64,000 bases of DNA, from positions 7,648-71,647 of the forward strand of contig VBBD01000009.1 in NCBI GenBank assembly GCA_005882895.1, given 5' to 3'. Numbering within the stretch: the stretch's first letter is position 1; every line of letters starts with the position of its first letter. Shown in pieces: positions 57,841 to 64,000 of the stretch. The DNA is from Candidatus Bathyarchaeota archaeon (lineage in GTDB: Archaea > Thermoproteota > Bathyarchaeia > 40CM-2-53-6). The translations under genes and the position numbers were made by a program. The notes below the pieces were generated by a model. It made no database searches. It was not told the origin of the DNA and saw only the letters and a program-made list of their open reading frames with translations.

Positions 57841-58245
57841 TTGAGCGAGCTGCCTCCTCCTACTATCGAGGAGTTCTATCGGCAGTGCGCGGATCGCAAG
57901 CTTATGGCGGTTCGATGCGTTCGCTGCAAGCACATTATGGTCCCTCCTAGAGCAATTTGTCCGAAGTGTCGGTCTTCGAGGGTTGAGTGGGTTCAGCTCG
58001 GCACTCAGGGCAAGCTCGTCACGTACACGATTGTCCATGTTTCACCGCCGCAGTTCAAACATATGACGCCCTATGCGGTGGGAATTGTGGAAATGGAAGA
58101 AGGGGTCAAGTTGCCTAGCATTATCAGAACCTCACGACTCGAATCTTTGAAGATCGGAATGGAGCTGGAGGTCGACTTCAGTCCAAAGTCACAGGAAACC
58201 AGCTGGCCTCACTGGCCACGCTATTTCTTCAAAGAAACGGAGTAA
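57841..58245 (+). CDS. DUF35 Zn-ribbon/OB-fold thiolase partner
   Basis: CVRC...PPRAICPKC, GKLVTYTIVH. Confidence 0.93.
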   Translation: MSELPPPTIEEFYRQCADRKLMAVRCVRCKHIMVPPRAICPKCRSSRVEWVQLGTQGKLVTYTIVHVSPPQFKHMTPYAVGIVEMEEGVKLPSIIRTSRLESLKIGMELEVDFSPKSQETSWPHWPRYFFKETE

Positions 58246-58260
58246 CCGGCCTGCCCAGCG

Positions 58261-58268
58261 CTTAAATA
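58261..58268 (+). promoter_or_regulatory. TATA-like box for the riboswitch transcript
   Basis: CTTAAATA about 25 nt upstream of the riboswitch P1. Confidence 0.55.
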
Positions 58269-58286
58269 ACCGGCCACTTCTTCCTT

Positions 58287-58384
58287 ATTGTTACGGGGAG
58301 CTGGGATAAACCCGGCTGAGAGGATGGCTTCGCTTGCCATCGACCCTTTGAACCTGATCCGGGTAATGCCGGCGGAGGGACGAT
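58287..58384 (+). ncRNA. TPP (THI-box) riboswitch
   Basis: GGGGAGC..P3..GGCTGAGA..P3a..GACCCTTTGAACCTGATCCGGGTAATGCCGGCGGAGGGA matches the TPP consensus; P1 ATTGTT/GACGAT. Confidence 0.95.
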
Positions 58385-58439
58385 ACGAAGCCTGATTCTT
58401 GGACCAGCTTTCCCCGAATTAGCAAAATGGGGAAAGCGC

Positions 58440-58953
58440 ATGAAAAAAAGTGCAAGTTGGTTAAGCGAAAGCTCCACTCCCAATTCGCCGGAGATAATCA
58501 GACCTCGCGTCCAAGTCGGGAGACCTTTTCTTACAAGTCCTACACTGGACATCGCTAGGATAGGGGCCTTCTCAGCGCTTGTTGCTCTAGGGACCATGCT
58601 GACTAACCTATTGCTTGGCTTCTCTCTCCCTCAACCGCTCGGCGAAATCACTGCTGCCCCTGCTTTCTATATGGCGCTTCAGATTCAGACGGAAGTCGGT
58701 GAGGTTCCTGGCCTTTGTAATGGGGCTTGCAACCGTCTTTGAGAGTTTGGTTCTGTTCTTGATTGATTGGCCTGTGTACTCGTATACCGCCTTCTATAGC
58801 TCACAAGCTCCGTGTGCAAACTGCGGACTTGTATCGGGCTTCAGTCTCGCCGTGCTCGATTTTGGCACAATGATTGACCTCGTTTGGATACCAGTGGCAT
58901 TGGTTCTGGTGGTCGCGGCGCGGAGAGCTTACAACATTCAGTATTTCACCTAG
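58440..58953 (+). pseudogene. ECF S-component-like membrane protein, frameshifted or internally deleted
   Basis: DIARIGAFSALVALGT is an S-component-like N-terminus in one frame; it switches near 58680 to a hydrophobic C-terminal half in another frame. Confidence 0.6.
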
Positions 58954-58972
58954 CTTTCTCGATGCAGGTCCC

Positions 58973-60022
58973 ATGAGACTCGGAAAACCCAGCCCGAACT
59001 TCCTACGCAATGTCATCTACAACAATCTAGGCGCTCAGCGGTCCGAACTGCTCGTCGGTCCAACGTTTGGCGTCGACAACGCGATCTACCGAATTGGACC
59101 TGAAAGGGTTCTGGTGGCAACCACGGACCCGCTGTCGTACCTTCCATCATTGGGACCCCGCGCATCTGCATGGTTGTCGGTTCACCTACTAGCTTCGGAC
59201 TTAACGACGTGTGGATTCTCGCCTCAGTTCGGCCTTCTCGATTTTAACCTTCCACCGGGCCTTTCAGACTACAACTTTGCAAGGTATTGGGATTCATTCA
59301 GCGAAGAATGCAGGAAACTCGGAGTCTCTATCATCGGGGGTCACACCGGCAGGTATCCGGGTATTGACTACTCCATAATCGGGGGAGGTGTCGCTATGGC
59401 TATTGTCCCAAGAAATCGATACTTGACCTCTGCTATGGCTAATGATGGAGACGATATTATTTTGACCAAAGGTGCCGCGATTGAGACGACAGCGGTGCTG
59501 ACTCGCGCGTTTTCACGAACGGTCAAAAAGGCCCTTGGTCGCAAGCTCTTCGAAAAGGCGTGGAGCTACTTGGGCAAGGTGAGTACAGTGGATGAGGCAT
59601 TGATAGCTTCCTCTGTGGGAGTACGCGGTCAGGGAGTTACGGCCATGCACGACGCAACAGAAGGGGGAGTGATCGCCGGAATATTCGAGTTGGCGACAGC
59701 GTCCAAACTCGGCGCGACGGTAGATTTGGAGGAGATTCTCGTCAGCGAAGAGACTTTGCAACTATGCCACCTGTTTCATTTGGACCCGTTGGTGTCCTTG
59801 AGCGAGGGGAGTCTAATCATTGCATCATTGCCTTCTAAGACGAAAACCATACTAGACAAGTTGATCTCTCAACTAATACCGGCGAAAGTCGTCGGAAGAC
59901 TTACTTCAAAGCATCAAGGCTACAAGGCAGTTAATCGTAAGGGGACACGCAGTTTTCGTTATCCAATTTTCGACCCTTACTGGAAGGCCTATTCAAGTGC
60001 GATTCGAAGAGGTTGGTCCTAG
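58973..60022 (+). CDS. AIR-synthase-related (PurM/HypE/ThiL superfamily) protein
   Basis: GVDNA, ATTDP, ASDL, IIGGHT, AMHDATEGG; ATG 58973 in frame with ORF 58874. Confidence 0.88.
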   Translation: MRLGKPSPNFLRNVIYNNLGAQRSELLVGPTFGVDNAIYRIGPERVLVATTDPLSYLPSLGPRASAWLSVHLLASDLTTCGFSPQFGLLDFNLPPGLSDYNFARYWDSFSEECRKLGVSIIGGHTGRYPGIDYSIIGGGVAMAIVPRNRYLTSAMANDGDDIILTKGAAIETTAVLTRAFSRTVKKALGRKLFEKAWSYLGKVSTVDEALIASSVGVRGQGVTAMHDATEGGVIAGIFELATASKLGATVDLEEILVSEETLQLCHLFHLDPLVSLSEGSLIIASLPSKTKTILDKLISQLIPAKVVGRLTSKHQGYKAVNRKGTRSFRYPIFDPYWKAYSSAIRRGWS

Positions 60023-60071
60023 CTTGAGTTTGATCGGGGAAAAGTAATTGGCAAGGTCGAAACCGAGCATG

Positions 60072-60785
60072 TCAAACAGGGGTCTTCAACTGTTCATTAT
60101 CGTGGGAGTATATGTACACAGGATTCTCAATTCTTCTCAACGCATCAATAGATTCTAGACCTTGTGCTGTGCTGTAGATCATTCCGGTGATGTTCCGTTT
60201 CTCGATGTTTTCCGGTAGAGGAGCTGCATCCCCAGTGTAGACGAAGTTTCGGTTCTTCCACTTCACGACGACGGACTGGTGTCCGATAGTGTGGCCTGGT
60301 GTTGGCACGATCTCCACTCCGTCCTCAATCGTGTAACGTCCCCGTAGCGGCACGATTTCTCCTTCGGTATCGAAGAATTCACGCAGGTAGCTGACCCGCA
60401 TGAATCGGTCTGGAAAGTATGCGTACCGGACCTCGTCTATCTGTTCTAGAAACTTTGCGTTGGGAAAGAGAAGATTGTTTCCACAGTGGTCAAAATGGAG
60501 ATGCGTATTTACCACTAAAGTAATGTCGCTGGGTTCCAGTCCAGCTTTCTTCAATGATAGCCGTAGTTGCTCTTCCTTGGTCCTGATGACCTCGTGGAAT
60601 TTCTCGTATTTCGGTGGCAGCGTCCCGATTCCGGTGTCGACTAGGATATTCTCTTTGTCTGTTCGGATCAGTAGCGGTTTGAGTGCTGCTTTGTACTTGG
60701 TTCCCTGGTATTTGCCAAATACGAGAAAGCTCTTGTCAAGCGTGAAATACCCATCTGTAAGTAATCTTATGTCGACGACGGTCAA
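60072..60785 (-). CDS. Metallo-beta-lactamase fold, N-acyl homoserine lactonase (AiiA-like) family
   Basis: THLHFDHCG, TPGHTIGH, GDA. Confidence 0.88.
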   Translation of the reverse strand: MTVVDIRLLTDGYFTLDKSFLVFGKYQGTKYKAALKPLLIRTDKENILVDTGIGTLPPKYEKFHEVIRTKEEQLRLSLKKAGLEPSDITLVVNTHLHFDHCGNNLLFPNAKFLEQIDEVRYAYFPDRFMRVSYLREFFDTEGEIVPLRGRYTIEDGVEIVPTPGHTIGHQSVVVKWKNRNFVYTGDAAPLPENIEKRNITGMIYSTAQGLESIDALRRIENPVYIYSHDNEQLKTPV

Positions 60786-60886
60786 CTGGACCCGGGTCTG
60801 GGGTCTGATCGAAAGGCTATAAATTATCCAAGTCGAAATCCTTCAAAACAAGTCCGGACGAGTTATCAAGGGATTTTTGGAGCGGT

Positions 60887-62887
60887 TTGGTCGACTTGGT
60901 TGGAACGGGTCTCAGGCGAAAGCCTCTCTGGATTCCCTCTGATGAGCGAGTAAAACAGGCCAATCTCACTCGATTTCAAGCATTTGTCAACCAGAAGGAT
61001 CGCCTGAGTCTCGGATCTTATCCGGAACTCTACAGGTGGTCCATTGAGAAACCTACCGAGTTTTGGTCTGCCATGTGGGCGTATGCAGGGATCATATCAT
61101 CGAAAAAGTTTGAGGCAGTCGTGGATGATCTCGGCAAGTTTCCCGGGGCCAAATGGTTTTCCGGAGCCAGACTCAATTTCGCCGAGAACCTTCTGAGATT
61201 CAGAGACGAAAGGATCGCCCTCATCTCACGCTCTGAGGGACGAGTATCTTCTAGCCTGACCTATTCCGATCTCTACAGAAAAGTCGCGCGTGTGGCGAAT
61301 GGTCTACGTGAGGCAGGAGTACTGGCTGGTGATCGAGTTGGAGGTTACCTGCCGAACGTAGAGGAGGCGGCGATCGCAATGTTGGCTGCTACCAGCATCG
61401 GAGCGGTCTGGGCGTGTTGCGGGGCGGAACTTGGCTCAGGCGCTGTCTTGGACAGGCTTAGCCAGATCAAACCGAAAGTATTGTTTTCTGTTGATGGTTA
61501 CGTCTACAAGGGAAAGAAGTTCGACATTTCGTCTAACGTCAAAGATGTTGCAGACGGAGTCCCTTCGCTCGAGAAGATAGTGACGATCCCGTACTTGGAC
61601 GCCAAATCCAGCATGGGCCAACTTGTCAACACTGTTAGGTTCGACGAATTCGGATCGGCGAACAAGTCAGGCGAGATTCGGTTTGAGCAATTGCCCTCGG
61701 ACCATCCAGTGTATATCATGTTCACATCAGGGACAACCGGGAAGCCGAAATGCATGGTTCAAGGGGCGGGAGGAGTCTTGGTAAACCAGTTGAAAGAGAC
61801 GCAACTCCATGCCGATTTGAAGAAGACGGATCGGATCACATACATTACCTCGCCGAGTTGGATGATGTGGAACTGGCTGATGAGCTGCCTAGCAGCAGGA
61901 TCGACTCTCATTTTGTACGATGGAAATCCTCTGCATCCTGACTGGGGCACGATGTGGAGGCTGGTTCAGGAAGAAAAGATAACAATCCTGGGATGCAGTG
62001 CCAGTTACATCAATCATCTCAGAGGAATAGGCGCTAAACCGAGCAAAGAGTACGATCTATCATCGCTCAGAGAGATTTCCCAAACCGGATCGCCTCTCTC
62101 TACCGAGGGGTTCGAGTGGGTCTACAAGGAGGTCAAAGCGGACCTGCATCTCAACTCGATCAGCGGAGGTACGGACATCAATGGTTGCTTCGCGGGTGGA
62201 GTGCCAATTCTCCCCGTCTTTGGAGGCGAGCTGCAAGCACCGGGGCTCGGGATGAAGATCAACGTATACGATGAGAACGGGCGGCCAGTTGTTGACAGGA
62301 TGGGCGAGCTGGTCTGCGAGTCTCCAACTCCATCGATGCCATTATACTTCTGGGATGACCCCAACAATGTGAGATATCGTGATGCCTACTTCGAATATTA
62401 TCGCCCCGAGGGGAAGAACGTTTGGAGGCATGGTGACTATGTGCTTGTCCACGGCGATACAGGTGGCTACACGTTCTATGGACGTTCGGACGCGGTGATA
62501 AAGGCCTCGGGGGTCCGCGTCGGCACGTCGGAAATCTACAATGTTGTTGAGAAACTACCTGAGGTCGCCGACAGCCTCGCGGTAGGACAGAACTGGGCGG
62601 GAGAGCAGAGAATCATCCTCTTCGTCAAACTATCCCCCAACCATAAGCTTACGGAGGAACTGAAAGAGAAGATCAGGAGAGTGATTCGGGCTGAGGCTTC
62701 GCCTAAGCATGTTCCGGCTCTGATATTGGAGGTGCCCGATATTCCATATACTCTAAACATGAAGAAGGTGGAGGTTGCTGTCGCGAATATTGTTAACAAT
62801 AGGCCCGTTACGAATCGTGATGCACTGGCGAACCCGGAGTCTCTCGATTTCTACACTGGGCTTCTTCCTCTAATCCAGAAGAATTGA
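60887..62887 (+). CDS. Acetoacetate--CoA ligase
   Basis: WFSGARLNFAENLL, FTSGTTGKPKC, WMMWNW, SGGTD, WRHGD, GRSD. Confidence 0.93.
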   Translation: MVDLVGTGLRRKPLWIPSDERVKQANLTRFQAFVNQKDRLSLGSYPELYRWSIEKPTEFWSAMWAYAGIISSKKFEAVVDDLGKFPGAKWFSGARLNFAENLLRFRDERIALISRSEGRVSSSLTYSDLYRKVARVANGLREAGVLAGDRVGGYLPNVEEAAIAMLAATSIGAVWACCGAELGSGAVLDRLSQIKPKVLFSVDGYVYKGKKFDISSNVKDVADGVPSLEKIVTIPYLDAKSSMGQLVNTVRFDEFGSANKSGEIRFEQLPSDHPVYIMFTSGTTGKPKCMVQGAGGVLVNQLKETQLHADLKKTDRITYITSPSWMMWNWLMSCLAAGSTLILYDGNPLHPDWGTMWRLVQEEKITILGCSASYINHLRGIGAKPSKEYDLSSLREISQTGSPLSTEGFEWVYKEVKADLHLNSISGGTDINGCFAGGVPILPVFGGELQAPGLGMKINVYDENGRPVVDRMGELVCESPTPSMPLYFWDDPNNVRYRDAYFEYYRPEGKNVWRHGDYVLVHGDTGGYTFYGRSDAVIKASGVRVGTSEIYNVVEKLPEVADSLAVGQNWAGEQRIILFVKLSPNHKLTEELKEKIRRVIRAEASPKHVPALILEVPDIPYTLNMKKVEVAVANIVNNRPVTNRDALANPESLDFYTGLLPLIQKN

Positions 62888-62898
62888 TCGTACAATTC

Positions 62899-63432
62899 TC
62901 ATGCGACTAGGCATAACTGTTCGCCCGCCTTCACCAAAGCTCCGGGTTTGACGTAGACTTCCTTCACGATCCCCGTTTTGGGTGAGGCTATCTCATTCTC
63001 CATTTTCATCGCCTCAAGAACAGCTAGCGGTTGGCCCTTAGTTACTGATGTGTTAGGAGACGCTTTCAAGGACACGATTCTCCCGCTCATGGGCGCAGTT
63101 ATTACAACAGGCCCAAGAACAGTTTCAGACATTCCCGTATCATGGGATAATTGCTCTCTTCCCTCTAAACTCACCTTGAGTAGTCTTCCGTTTAGTCGAA
63201 TGAGATAGTCGCTTCCATCGCGCTCTTCTTCTCTTCTCGCGATGAGAACCTTCCCATTGATATTCGCAACCAGATCTGGTTGGTCATCGGTTGGCTCTCG
63301 GAGGATGCGAACACTCAACTCTTCATCGTTGATTATGATCGTTTGAGCTATGCCCTGCTTCTCGACCTCTGTAATGGTCCAGGTTCTTCCGTTGACAGTG
63401 AGGCGGCGAATCTGTTTAGAGTCCTTCGACAA
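62899..63432 (-). CDS. Biotin carboxyl carrier protein
   Basis: APMSG, EAMKMENE biotinylation motif. Confidence 0.93.
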   Translation of the reverse strand: MSKDSKQIRRLTVNGRTWTITEVEKQGIAQTIIINDEELSVRILREPTDDQPDLVANINGKVLIARREEERDGSDYLIRLNGRLLKVSLEGREQLSHDTGMSETVLGPVVITAPMSGRIVSLKASPNTSVTKGQPLAVLEAMKMENEIASPKTGIVKEVYVKPGALVKAGEQLCLVA

Positions 63433-64000
63433 ACAAGGGTTGCCTCGGTGATTCCGTCTGGAGGGTGTTTCGCCATCTTGTCTGAGTTCTCTCTAATCGC
63501 GACTTGCCGATTCCTGAGAATGGATAGTTTGCTGTCAAATGCAGCATCGCGACCTCCTCCTCTGACAGTTGCGGCTTGAAGCTCCAGGTGGAGATCTTGT
63601 TGTCGAGGAGCTGAGTATGGTAGTCACCGCGGACAAAGCTCTTGTCTTCAAGTAGGGCCTGGTGTAGCGGAATCGTGGTCTCGACCCCGATAACGATAGT
63701 CTCGCTCAAAGCACCCTTGAGTCTTTGAATCGCCTCTTCCCTAGTTCGGCCGTGTGAAGCAATCTTCGCAATGAGTGAATCGTAGTATTCTGGGATAACA
63801 GCACCGTCGATCATGGCTGTATCGACTCTGATACCTGGGCCTCCCGGTGGGACAAATTCTTCGACGCGGCCGGGGGAGGGAGCAAAGCCCTTCGACGGAT
63901 CCTCAGCATTAATCCTGCAGTTCATCGCAGCTCCGTTGAACTCGATCTCCTCTTGGGAAAACCCAAGACCCTCTCCGTCAGCGATTCTAATCTGCTGCTC
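63416..64000 (-). CDS. Biotin carboxylase subunit of an acyl-CoA carboxylase (partial, 5' end outside window)
   Basis: RINAEDP, PGGPGIRVD, YYDSLIAK; frame continues to the window edge. Confidence 0.93.
   Translation of the reverse strand, partial: EQQIRIADGEGLGFSQEEIEFNGAAMNCRINAEDPSKGFAPSPGRVEEFVPPGGPGIRVDTAMIDGAVIPEYYDSLIAKIASHGRTREEAIQRLKGALSETIVIGVETTIPLHQALLEDKSFVRGDYHTQLLDNKISTWSFKPQLSEEEVAMLHLTANYPFSGIGKSRLERTQTRWRNTLQTESPRQPLFVEGL

Noticed and set aside
60072-60785. Quorum-quenching system
   Set aside because: AiiA-like lactonase motifs are widespread in archaea, and the context gives no evidence for AHL substrates.

Overview
Archaeal chromosomal segment. Archaeal-type genes (AbrB-PhoU, pyruvoyl arginine decarboxylase, thiolase plus DUF35, GvpD/KaiC-like ATPase, FUN14), TATA-like promoters and frequent TTG starts suggest a TACK lineage such as soil Bathyarchaeia; this is an inference. 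It holds about 65 CDS for metal, phosphate and cofactor handling (nikR/NiCoT, CDF, PhoU/DUF47/PiT, nadA, nadC), acyl-CoA metabolism, many hydrolases and GNATs, and a large Ig-repeat surface protein. Two short genes missed by the ORF track (tatA and a 4-oxalocrotonate tautomerase) were read directly from the DNA. Most notable: (1) a complete TPP riboswitch ahead of a damaged S-component-like transporter and a PurM/ThiL-superfamily gene; (2) an uncharacterised four-gene cluster (helical protein, secreted protein with TM and Zn ribbon, kinase/SelO-like protein, GNAT); (3) a GvpD/KaiC-like ATPase flanked by two paralogous small proteins and an RHH protein; (4) a cytoplasmic HiPIP-like protein, a metal-ligand-deficient M29 peptidase, and a patch of genes broken by point lesions at 9-16 kb. 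No rRNA, convincing tRNA, CRISPR array or transposase was seen. All product calls come from motif recognition, not database searches.
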